Positions 8,617 through 17,800 of a stretch of DNA of 32,000 bases are shown here, piece by piece (positions within the stretch are counted from its first letter, which is position 1; each line of letters opens with the position of its first letter). The notes beneath the pieces are model-generated. The model was not told where the DNA came from. It saw only the letters and a list, made by a program, of their open reading frames with translations, and ran no database searches. Source of the stretch: Nitrosomonas europaea. Lineage in GTDB: Bacteria; Pseudomonadota; Gammaproteobacteria; Burkholderiales; Nitrosomonadaceae. Both the position numbers and the translations under genes were made by a program. The stretch covers positions 121,789-153,788 of the forward strand of contig NZ_FUWK01000003.1 of assembly GCF_900167395.1 (NCBI RefSeq). The letters are read 5' to 3'.

Positions 8617-11600
8617 TTATTGGCAGTGCCTGCAACCCGGCCCGGCTAATACACTTCTTCCGCCTGATCGGGGGATGACCTGAATGCGGGTGCTGATGCG
8701 TTCCTGCAGGACGGTAACATGGGAAATGATCCCGATCAGTTTGCCTTCCTGCTGCAAGTGGGCGAGTGTCTCCAGCGCAGTATCGAGCGCTTCCTCGTCC
8801 AGTGTTCCGAAACCTTCATCCAGAAACAGGGAATCGACCCGGATGTTGCGGCTCACCATGCGGGAAAGGCCAAGCGCCAGCGACAGGCTGATGAGGAAGC
8901 TTTCTCCTCCCGAAAGATTCTTGGTGGACCGGATTTCGCCAGCCTGGTAGTTGTCGATGACGTTGAGCTCCAGCGGCCGGACCGGATCGCGGATCAGCAG
9001 ATAACGGTCGGACAGTTTTTGCAGCTGCCGGTTGGCGTGGCGGATCATGACTTCGAAAGTCAGTCCCTGGGCAAAGTTGCGGTATTTTTTGCCATCTGCT
9101 GAGCCGATGAGGCCATGCAGCAGATCCCAGCGGGCACACTCCCGTTTCTGTGCCTCGATTACCTGCAGCTGTTCCTGCTGTTTTTGTTTGCTGTTTTCGT
9201 TATCTGCAAGCTTTTGCCGTAGTCCGCCGATTTCCTGTTGTAGTACCTGCTGACGGGTGATCAGTTGTGCCAGTACCTGGTCGTGAAAATCCCGGGGCTG
9301 GTCTGTCATGGACTTCAGTTGTTCAGCTTGTAACGCAATCGTTTTATCTTTTTGCCGGGTATCCAGCATGGTTTTCTCATCCGCAAGCTGTTGAGCGCGC
9401 TGTGCAAGGCGTCTGCGTTCTTCTTCCGGCAGACAGGCAGCGGTAAAGCCCGCTTCATCAGCAAATCCGGATTGAGTGAGCCGTGCAGCAAAGGTTTCCT
9501 GCAGCTTTTCTAACTGTACGGCGCGGGTGGTGATGGTTTTTACCAGATCTTCTGCCCGGTTTTTCAATCGGTTGTACTGTTGTATTTCTGTTTCCAACTG
9601 CTGACGAGCGTTATCTGCTGATTTTTGTGCTGCCTCTATTGCGGTGGTTAATGACTGTTCTTCCTGATCGGGCTGTTTGTCAGCAAACAACTGAAGGCGT
9701 GTTGTGCGCAGATTGCCAAGTTCCTGCTGGAGCTGATCGAGTTGTTCCTGTCGCAATTGCAGTTCTGCTTCGTGTTGCCGGATCTGTGTGGACTGATGCT
9801 GGTGCTGCACCCTCAGTATCCCGATTTTTTGCTCAAGTTCTCTGGTTTTATCCAGAGATTCACGCTGCACACTGATTTCGTTTTCCAGTATCTCTGCTGT
9901 TTGCAGAATACGGGTCATTCGGGCCAGTTTGTCATCTGTTTCCTGCAGCAACCGAGGCAGTTCCGGAAACATGGCGGCAGATGGCAGGCCGGGGAACAAT
10001 GATACGGCGCATTGCTGCAGCAGTGTTTCATCCGCCTGAATCTGTCTGTGGATTTCCTGCTGTCTGCAGGCGGTCTGTTCGATGTCCCTGTTTGTTTCCG
10101 CTTGTCTGATTTTTAATGTCGAGATAGTGTCGATCCGGGTTTTCAGCATCGTTCTTGCCTGATTCAGCGCCGTGATATTGTCATCCGGCCGGGGGGTATT
10201 TCCTGCTGCATAAGGATGTTGCAGCGCGCCACACAACGGGCAGGGCTCATCATCTTTCAGCTGTTGTCTGGCCTCTTCAAGGTGGCTGATTTTTTTGAGC
10301 AGCAGCGCCTGTGTTTCGAGCAGGCTGATTTCCCGCTCAAGTGCGCCCAGCATTTCTTCCTCGGCTCCGAGTTGCTTCGCAAGCTGTGTTTTTCCGGCCA
10401 GCAGCGAACAGGTGTGTTTTTCCAGTTCGGCAGAAATCTGCTTCGATGCAGCCAGTGATTGCATGGCTTCAATCGCCCGGGTTGCAAGCGTTTTTTGCCC
10501 GGACAGTACCGCGATTTCCTGTCGCCAGTCTGCCAGGCTTCGGTTTTCGAGCAGTTGCCTGTATTCAGCCTGTTTCCGGTTCAACAGGTTTTGGTTATGT
10601 GCAAAATCCATTTGTGCTCCATCCGGCTGAATGACGTGGAGCTGTTGTAATAAACCGGCCAGTGTCGTTTGCAGTCCGGCAAGCTGGATTTCATTTTGCT
10701 GATACTGGTTTCGCAGAGCAGCGAGTGTTTTTTTCTGTGCTGTAATTCCTTTGCTTGCCGTGCTGATGGGAGATTCTTTTTCCCGGATCTGAATATCCAG
10801 TTCCCGTACTTTGCGGAGCAGCGGGATGGTTTCCCGCTGTTTTGCCCGCTGGCGATCACATTGTTCATTGAGGGATTTCAGGGATTGTTCGGCCTGTTTG
10901 ACGGCCTGTTCAAGCCCGGCCAGGGAGGCAGCGCAGATAGCCAGATTATTCCGGTCAGTTTCCTGTTCATTCCGGATCGAAGTGAGTCTGCTGTATTCAC
11001 CAAGCAGCTCGAGCGCACGGCTGGCGCTGTCGAGCTTGCTGATGTCAGGAGTCAGCGCTTCTTTCCGGCTTAACCATGCTTGCTGTTGTCCGGCGATCAG
11101 ATGCAATTCCGATTCGAGGCGGGCGATGTTCTCCAGCCAGACAAGGATTTGTCGCTCGTGCGCAATCTGCTCATTCAATCCGGCATCCTGCTGAATTTTT
11201 TGTGCAAGATCAGTGTGAAACTGTTGTTCATCGGCCCTGGTCAGCGGTTGTATACCATTGAGACCGGCGGATAGCCGATCCAGCTCCCGGCGTGCGGATA
11301 CCCGGGTTTCATGCACACGGATGGAAATGCGGCTGTATATTTCAGTGCCGGTGATCTGTTCCAGAATCGGAGCACGTTCATCCGGCGCCGCCTGCAGGAA
11401 TGCAGCAAATTCTCCCTGCGCCAGCAACATGGAGCGAGTGAAGCGGGCAAAATCCATTCCGGTGATTTTCTCAATCTGTCTGCCGACTTCTGTAAGCCGG
11501 GTTTCCAGTATCTTTCCGGAATCAGCTTCAGCCAGCTCATGCCGGGGATTCTGTAATTCTCCATCCGGTTTTTTGTGGGCCCGGTGCTGGCTCCAGTGGC

Positions 11601-11880
11601 ACCGGAAGCAGCCGGACTGAGCAGCAAAAGTTACTTCGGCAAAGCATTCACCTGTCTGCCGCGACATGATTTCATTTTCACTTTTGCTGACTTTTCCGAG
11701 GCGAGGGGTACGTCCATATAGCGCCAGACAAATTGCATCGAGCACCGTCGTTTTACCTGCACCGGTCGGGCCGGTAATCGAAAAAATACCATCCGATACA
11801 AAAGCGGGATCGGTGAAATCGATTTCCCATTCGCCGACCAGTGAATTCAGATTCTTGAGGCGTACCTGCAATATCTGCAT
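8617..11880 (-). CDS. sbcC: exonuclease SbcCD, ATPase subunit SbcC
   Basis: The N-terminus MQILQVRLKNLNSLVGEWEIDF...ITGPTGAGKTTVLDAICLALYGRTPRL is close to E. coli SbcC. It also has a long Q/E/L-rich coiled coil, the zinc hook CPLCG, the signature LSGGESFLISLSLALGLS and the Walker B LFLDEGFGTLD. Confidence 0.95.
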   Translation of the reverse strand: MQILQVRLKNLNSLVGEWEIDFTDPAFVSDGIFSITGPTGAGKTTVLDAICLALYGRTPRLGKVSKSENEIMSRQTGECFAEVTFAAQSGCFRCHWSQHRAHKKPDGELQNPRHELAEADSGKILETRLTEVGRQIEKITGMDFARFTRSMLLAQGEFAAFLQAAPDERAPILEQITGTEIYSRISIRVHETRVSARRELDRLSAGLNGIQPLTRADEQQFHTDLAQKIQQDAGLNEQIAHERQILVWLENIARLESELHLIAGQQQAWLSRKEALTPDISKLDSASRALELLGEYSRLTSIRNEQETDRNNLAICAASLAGLEQAVKQAEQSLKSLNEQCDRQRAKQRETIPLLRKVRELDIQIREKESPISTASKGITAQKKTLAALRNQYQQNEIQLAGLQTTLAGLLQQLHVIQPDGAQMDFAHNQNLLNRKQAEYRQLLENRSLADWRQEIAVLSGQKTLATRAIEAMQSLAASKQISAELEKHTCSLLAGKTQLAKQLGAEEEMLGALEREISLLETQALLLKKISHLEEARQQLKDDEPCPLCGALQHPYAAGNTPRPDDNITALNQARTMLKTRIDTISTLKIRQAETNRDIEQTACRQQEIHRQIQADETLLQQCAVSLFPGLPSAAMFPELPRLLQETDDKLARMTRILQTAEILENEISVQRESLDKTRELEQKIGILRVQHQHQSTQIRQHEAELQLRQEQLDQLQQELGNLRTTRLQLFADKQPDQEEQSLTTAIEAAQKSADNARQQLETEIQQYNRLKNRAEDLVKTITTRAVQLEKLQETFAARLTQSGFADEAGFTAACLPEEERRRLAQRAQQLADEKTMLDTRQKDKTIALQAEQLKSMTDQPRDFHDQVLAQLITRQQVLQQEIGGLRQKLADNENSKQKQQEQLQVIEAQKRECARWDLLHGLIGSADGKKYRNFAQGLTFEVMIRHANRQLQKLSDRYLLIRDPVRPLELNVIDNYQAGEIRSTKNLSGGESFLISLSLALGLSRMVSRNIRVDSLFLDEGFGTLDEEALDTALETLAHLQQEGKLIGIISHVTVLQERISTRIQVIPRSGGRSVLAGPGCRHCQ

Positions 11881-11994
11881 GTGTTATTTTCGTTCCTGAT
11901 TTCCGTTGATGATGATCAAAACAAGCTGCTGTTTTATAAAAATATAGTTGTCTTATGGTAATCAGATGCTGTCAAGCATACGTCTAAAAAATTC

Positions 11995-12023
11995 TTGACA
12001 GGGCATATCGTATCTGGTATCAA
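11995..12023 (+). promoter_or_regulatory. candidate sigma70 promoter for the small lipoprotein gene
   Basis: TTGACA (11995-12000), a 17-nt spacer, then TATCAA (12018-12023), about 90 nt upstream of ATG 12112. The -35 box is part of an 8-bp inverted repeat (CTGTCAAG 11968-11975 / CTTGACAG 11994-12001). Confidence 0.35.
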
Positions 12024-12111
12024 ATAGATGTCTTTCTAAAAAGGGGACAGTAAGTCAGAACTGTTGGAAGAACTATATTGTGAATGTACTTTTTCTTATA
12101 GGAGACTGAAA

Positions 12112-12270
12112 ATGAAACTCGTACTCGTCATCTCAACACTGTTGTTCGCAGCTACTACATTGACTGCATGTATGGATCCCAAACCAGGTCAATATCCTCC
12201 AAGCATGTCAATGGAACGTGATTCCATGCCTGACAATGTAGATAAAGCAGAACAAAATAGTGAGAAATAA
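12112..12270 (+). CDS. small (52 aa) putative lipoprotein
   Basis: MKLVLVISTLLFAATTLTAC has a lipobox (LTAC). AGGAGA sits 6 nt upstream of ATG 12112. A strong intrinsic terminator follows. I recognised no homologue. Confidence 0.55.
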   Translation: MKLVLVISTLLFAATTLTACMDPKPGQYPPSMSMERDSMPDNVDKAEQNSEK

Positions 12271-12289
12271 AATATGACAATACAAATAT

Positions 12290-12315
12290 AACCGCCCTTC
12301 ACGGGCGGTTTTTTA
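12290..12315 (+). terminator. rho-independent terminator
   Basis: Stem ACCGCCC (12291-12297) pairs with GGGCGGT (12303-12309) around loop TTCAC, followed by a T-run (12309-12314). Confidence 0.8.
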
Positions 12316-12548
12316 TTGGGCGCTTAATATTCATACCTGTTTTCCGTGGCTCAGCACTATAAGACCCGCCACGGTAAAAGAGATATTACAGATACTGACG
12401 AATCATCTTTGCAAATACCTGTAGTGTGATGCGTGGCCGGTATGAAGTCGAACCAACCATCTAATTTACCATATTCGGATTACGGGCCATTTTAGGTCGT
12501 TTGCCGATCAATTCGACAGCGTGTTCCAGTCAGAATTGGAGGAATGCT

Positions 12549-13205
12549 ATGACCGCAGTAAAAATTCCGGCGGGTACAGTCGATGCAATTGAACTTGGCG
12601 GCGAACTGGTAGTACCGCCGGCTGCAACAGGTATCGTGCTGTTTGCGCATGGCAGCGGCAGCAGTCGTTTCAGCCCGCGTAACACCTATGTTGCAAAAGT
12701 GTTGCAACAGCAAGGCATGGGCACTTTGCTGTTTGATTTGCTGACACATGCGGAAGATCAGAATCATGTCCTGCGCTTTGATATCGGCCTGTTGACACAG
12801 CGTTTGCTCGCAGCGACGGCCTGGTTGCAAGAGTATTCCGAAACAAAGGCGTTGAAGATCGGTTATTTCGGTGCCAGTACCGGTGCTGCTGCGGCACTGC
12901 AGGCGGCGGCCGAAATGAGAACTGCTGTTGCCGCTGTGGTATCACGTGGTGGACGCCCTGATCTGGCAGGAGAAGCCGCTTTGAGCCGGGTGGTTGCGCC
13001 AACCTTATTGATCGTTGGTGGTGCGGATTACGGTGTGATCGAATTGAATGAGCAGGCTTACGCCATGCTGAGATGCAGAAAACGATTGAGCCTGGTGCCG
13101 GGCGCCACTCACTTGTTTGAAGAGCCGGGTGCGCTGGAACAGGCTGCCAGCCTGGCAGCCGACTGGTTAGCGGAATATTTGTGTGATCAAGTGGAAGAGG
13201 ACTGA
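12549..13205 (+). CDS. dienelactone hydrolase-like alpha/beta hydrolase
   Basis: GIVLFAHGSGSSRFSPRN, the nucleophile elbow GASTGAAAAL (G-x-S-x-G) and a C-terminal PGATHLFEEPG (catalytic His). GGAGG lies upstream of ATG 12549. Confidence 0.75.
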   Translation: MTAVKIPAGTVDAIELGGELVVPPAATGIVLFAHGSGSSRFSPRNTYVAKVLQQQGMGTLLFDLLTHAEDQNHVLRFDIGLLTQRLLAATAWLQEYSETKALKIGYFGASTGAAAALQAAAEMRTAVAAVVSRGGRPDLAGEAALSRVVAPTLLIVGGADYGVIELNEQAYAMLRCRKRLSLVPGATHLFEEPGALEQAASLAADWLAEYLCDQVEED

Positions 13206-13263
13206 TTCATCATGGCTGCCAAACCCTGAAATTGAATTTCCCGAGTGAGTTGCATTTTGATGG

Positions 13264-14505
13264 CTACTCAGCCCTGATATCCTCTTCATCGAGAGAAACG
13301 AGGGTTTCCTGATAGGTGCGCCACAGTTCTGTTCGCTGTTCCACCGGGATGGCCGCGGCTGACAGACAATGCTCGAATACCTCGTTGACACTGAGCTCTT
13401 CCAGTGTTCCGCCATCATCGATCTGATCGAGTATCTGGTTCATGATCCGGTTATTTCTGATGCGCAAAATTTCCAGTCGTGACCCCTCGATGGCTGATTG
13501 CAGACGTTCCTGCAGATCGGTGATCATTTCGTCGCCTTCATAATTGATTTCCAGCCAGGCGCAGGAGTTCGCTGCAGAAAGCATGGATATCCTGTCTGAG
13601 ATTACCTGCCAGTTTCCTCTGATACGTTCAAGTGGCTGGAAAACCGGGATATTGATCAGGCTGACAGCAGGGCGGGTTGCAGAAATCTGCCGGTTGAATT
13701 CAATCAAACAAACGCTCTTTTCCTGATCGGCCTCACCGAAGCCTATCGGCAGAGGAGAGCCGCTGTAGCGCATGACGGAGGAGCCATTGACACGTTGTGG
13801 AACATGCAGGTGGCCAAGCGCCAGATAATCGATATCAGGTGGAAAAATTCCGGCCGGAACATGCGCCAGTGATCCGACATACAATTCCCGTACGCCATCG
13901 CCTTCAACAGTCTGTCCGCCGGCAACAAACAAATGCCCCATCGCGATAATCGGGATGGACGATGAAAGTGCAGTGCGCTGCAGCCTGGCCAGGTTGATTA
14001 CCTCGGCATAATGGTCACGTATTCCCTCGACCAGTTTGCGCGATTTGTCTTCCATACTTTCTCCCGCCTCTGCCGTGCGGATATCCCGATCCCGCAAATG
14101 TGGAACGGCGCAGACGATCAGTTCCGCATCACCCTTCGGATCATGGAGAACCAGTATTTCATCTGCCGGGTTGCCGGACAGACTGCCTGTGACGTGCACA
14201 TCCAGTGCTCTGAGTAATTCCCGGGGAGCGCTGAGAAAGGAAGGAGAATCATGATTCCCCGCGATGATGACGACATGCCGGCAGGCGGAGGCGGCAACGC
14301 GGTGCAGAAAACGGTAATACAGCTGCTGTGACCGGTTGCCCGGGGTACTGGTATCAAAAATATCACCCGCAATCAGCAATACATCGACTTGCTCCTGCTC
14401 GATCGTTTCCACCAGCCAGCTGAAAAAGGCTTCAAATTCATCATACCGTTTGTGGCCATATAAGGTCTTGCCGATATGCCAGTCAGAGGTGTGAAGAATT
14501 TTCAT
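13264..14505 (-). CDS. sbcD: exonuclease SbcCD, nuclease subunit SbcD
   Basis: MKILHTSDWHIGKTLYG...VDVLLIAGDIFD...VIIAGNHD...GHLHVPQ are Mre11/SbcD calcineurin-like phosphoesterase motifs in the canonical order. Confidence 0.95.
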   Translation of the reverse strand: MKILHTSDWHIGKTLYGHKRYDEFEAFFSWLVETIEQEQVDVLLIAGDIFDTSTPGNRSQQLYYRFLHRVAASACRHVVIIAGNHDSPSFLSAPRELLRALDVHVTGSLSGNPADEILVLHDPKGDAELIVCAVPHLRDRDIRTAEAGESMEDKSRKLVEGIRDHYAEVINLARLQRTALSSSIPIIAMGHLFVAGGQTVEGDGVRELYVGSLAHVPAGIFPPDIDYLALGHLHVPQRVNGSSVMRYSGSPLPIGFGEADQEKSVCLIEFNRQISATRPAVSLINIPVFQPLERIRGNWQVISDRISMLSAANSCAWLEINYEGDEMITDLQERLQSAIEGSRLEILRIRNNRIMNQILDQIDDGGTLEELSVNEVFEHCLSAAAIPVEQRTELWRTYQETLVSLDEEDIRAE

Positions 14506-14873
14506 GGAATGATCAAAATTCGGTAAGGGAGCCCGGAATCTGTTGTAACTGATCCTTATCTCGGGAAATGAAGGGTTGTAACCGGTTACTTCAAAAGTTT
14601 ACTTCAGCATGTAAAGACTTATCCTTTCCAGGAATCATATATATATGTTTATGGCATAAAGACGAGATCGGCAGGCCCGGCGGAAAGTTTTGCAGACGGA
14701 CTGCAGCGTTGAGCTCATTGTGAAGGAGCCAGCCATTCACTGCCTCACTCGCCTTGTATCCCATCTGCGAAATACAGTGTGCGGCCATGTGGGACTTGAT
14801 CAGAGGTTTCCTAAGTAAAAGCTGCATTCAAAGTTACCGGGAATGACACGGTGTCGTTTTAGAAGGATAAAAA

Positions 14874-17800
14874 ATGGGTCGATCCATTAATAAGCATGCT
14901 ACGGATGATAGCAGAAGCGAATCACTGAATACTGGCACACAAGAAAGTGGTACTGACAAATCATCTTCATCTCCTGTCGCTATCGTTGGCTTTGCTTTTC
15001 GTTTTCCGGGAGATGTAAGCGATGAAACCGATTTCTGGAACGCACTGAAACAAAAACGTGATCTCGTAACCCAGATTCCGGCAGATCGCTGGGCTGTCGA
15101 TGAATTACAGCATGATAAACGTTCGGAGCACGGCCGCAGTATTACGTTCTCGGCAGGTGTTTTATCACATATAGAAGAATTCGATGCGAGCTTCTTCGGG
15201 ATTTCACCACGGGAAGCAGCGGTACTCGATCCTCAGCAGCGTCTTTTACTGGAGCTGACCTGGGAAACCATGGAAAACGCCGGAATTCCCCCTTCCTCCA
15301 TGGCAGGTTCGGATTGCGCGGTCTATGTGGGAATTTCCGGGTTTGATTATGGTATGTGCGAAGTGGATGATCTTGCTGTCATCACCTCGCACTCGATGAC
15401 GGGCAATACACTCAGTATTGCCGCCAACCGTATTTCCTATGCTTTTGATTTGCACGGCCCTTCACTGGCCGTGGACACAGCCTGTTCTTCATCGCTGGTG
15501 GCGCTGCATCACGCCTGTAATTGCCTGCGTAACGGGGAAGCCTCTACCGCTCTGGTTGGCGGAGTCAATTTATTGCTTCATCCCTATCCGTTTGTCGGAT
15601 TCACCAAAGCATCCATGCTTTCTGCCAAGGGTCGATGCAAACCTTTCGATGCTTCAGGAGACGGTTATGTGCGTTCAGAAGGTGCTGCCGTTCTGTTGCT
15701 CAAGCCTTTGGAAAAGGCGCTGGCCGATGGCGATGATGTTCATGCAGTCATTCTCTCCAGTGGAGTCAATGCCGATGGTGCCCGGAAAACCGGTATTACC
15801 ATTCCCAGTAGCGATGGCCAGGCTGAATTGATGCGTGCGGTACTGTCTCGCAGTGGGCTTTCATCAAAAGAAGTTGATTTCATCGAAGCGCATGGAACCG
15901 GGACAGTAGTAGGTGATCCGGTTGAAACCAGGGCGATCGGTATGGTTTATGGTCAGGAACGTACCAGACCGTTACCCATTGGATCGGTCAAGGCCAATCT
16001 CGGTCATCTTGAACCGGCTTCGGGCATGGCCGGCCTGATCAAAACAATACTGGCGCTCAAACACCGGGCGCTGCCACCCGCGATCCATCTGCACACACCT
16101 AACCCGCATATCGATTTCCAGGCGTTGAACCTGGAGCTGATCAGGAAATATAAGCCATTCAGTCGCAAACGGAAGAAACCACTTGTTGCCGGCGTCAATT
16201 CTTTCGGATTTGGGGGTGCCAATGCCCACGTGTTGTTAAAGGAGTTTGTTCCTCAAGATAGCAAGGCTGATACGTCATCGACCATGGAATCATTGCCGCC
16301 GCTCTTCCTGTCTGCCCGTACTGAGGCCGCTTTACGCGCTACGGCGGAGCATTACGTCGAACTGCTGAAAGGCAAATCTCCGCAGGAATTTTATGACATT
16401 GCCCATGCAGCGGCTTATCGGCGAGAGCAAATGGAAAAAAGACTGGCACTGCATACCGGCAAGGTGGATTCAACAGTCGATCTGCTCGATCGTTATGCCA
16501 AAGGTGACATGGTTTCCCGGGTTTTTGTCGAGGATGAGTTGCCGCAGAGCGGGGGAGTGGCTTTTGTCTACTCGGGAAATGGTACCCAATGGGCGGGGAT
16601 GGGGCGTGCGTTGCTTGCTGAATCTCCCCGGTTCAAAGAAATTCTCAGTGAAATTGATGAAATCATGCTGCCACAGGCAGGCTTTTCACTGATTACCGAG
16701 CTGGAAGCAGAGGATACAAATTCCAGACTGGATGATACGCGTGTTGCACAACCGCTGCTTTTTGCCATCCAGGTGGGTGTTACCACATTGCTTAGAGAGC
16801 AGGGTATTGAGCCTTCAGCCGTTACAGGGCACAGCGTAGGTGAAATTGCGGCTGCATGGGCATCGGGCGCGCTGGATCTGCAACAGGCCATTCATGTCAT
16901 TTGTGTTCGCAGCCAGGCACAGGGGCTGACTCGTGGAAAAGGCCGGATGGCAGCGGTAGGTCTGTCTGTCGAAGCGATACAGGAAATTATCACCACATTG
17001 GGTGTCGATGCTGAAGTGGAAATAGCCGGAATCAACAGTCCCGGCAATGTTACGCTCTCCGGCCCTCTCGAAGATTTGCAGCAAATACAGAGCGTGGCTG
17101 AATCCCGGGGCATTTTCTTCCGGCTGCTCGATCTCGATTATGCTTTCCATAGTCGCCAGATGGATGCCATTGAAGAACCATTGATTCGTCAGCTGGGTGA
17201 ACTTGCTCCTGCTTACACGGAAAGAGCCACGTTTGTTTCAACCGTTACCGGCAATGAGATTGACGGCCGTTTGCTCGATGCGGGTTACTGGTGGCGTAAC
17301 GTGCGTCAACCGGTTCAGTTTGCTGCTGCGATCAATAGAATTGCCGGGCTGGGTTGCAGAATATTGATTGAAATCGGGCCACATGCGATTTTGCAGCGGT
17401 ATATGGGTGAATGTCTGGCTGCGGCTGAAGTTCAGGGGCGTGTGATCCCGACATTGCGCCGTGATGACAACGGTTTGCAGAGAATTACCGAAACCGTGCT
17501 GCGTACACAGCTTCTTGCTGAGCGGCCATCGCTACAAACTTATTTCTCTGTTCCGGGCCGGCGGGTTCGTCTGCCCAACTATCCGTGGCAACGGGAACGG
17601 CACTGGATACCGTGGACGAATGAGGGATTACATTCGCTGGATCGTCGCCGGGTACATCCACTGCTGGGCTGGCGTATTCCGGGTGTCGATACCCTCTGGG
17701 AGAATACACTCGATCCGGTCACCTTGCCATGGCTGGCAGATCACAAGGTAGGCGGTGCTATCGTCTATCCCGGTGCTGCGTATGCCGAAATGTCACTGGC

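Noticed and set aside
8684-11899. A dozen 60-134-aa ORFs on the + strand inside sbcC
   Set aside because: They are antisense to the Q/E/L-rich coiled-coil codons of SbcC, which keeps the opposite strand stop-poor. Their products are Ser/Cys/Phe-rich nonsense.
14591-14827. A 78-aa minus-strand ORF in the sbcD-PKS intergenic region
   Set aside because: It has no RBS and no recognisable motif, and it sits in a probable divergent promoter region.
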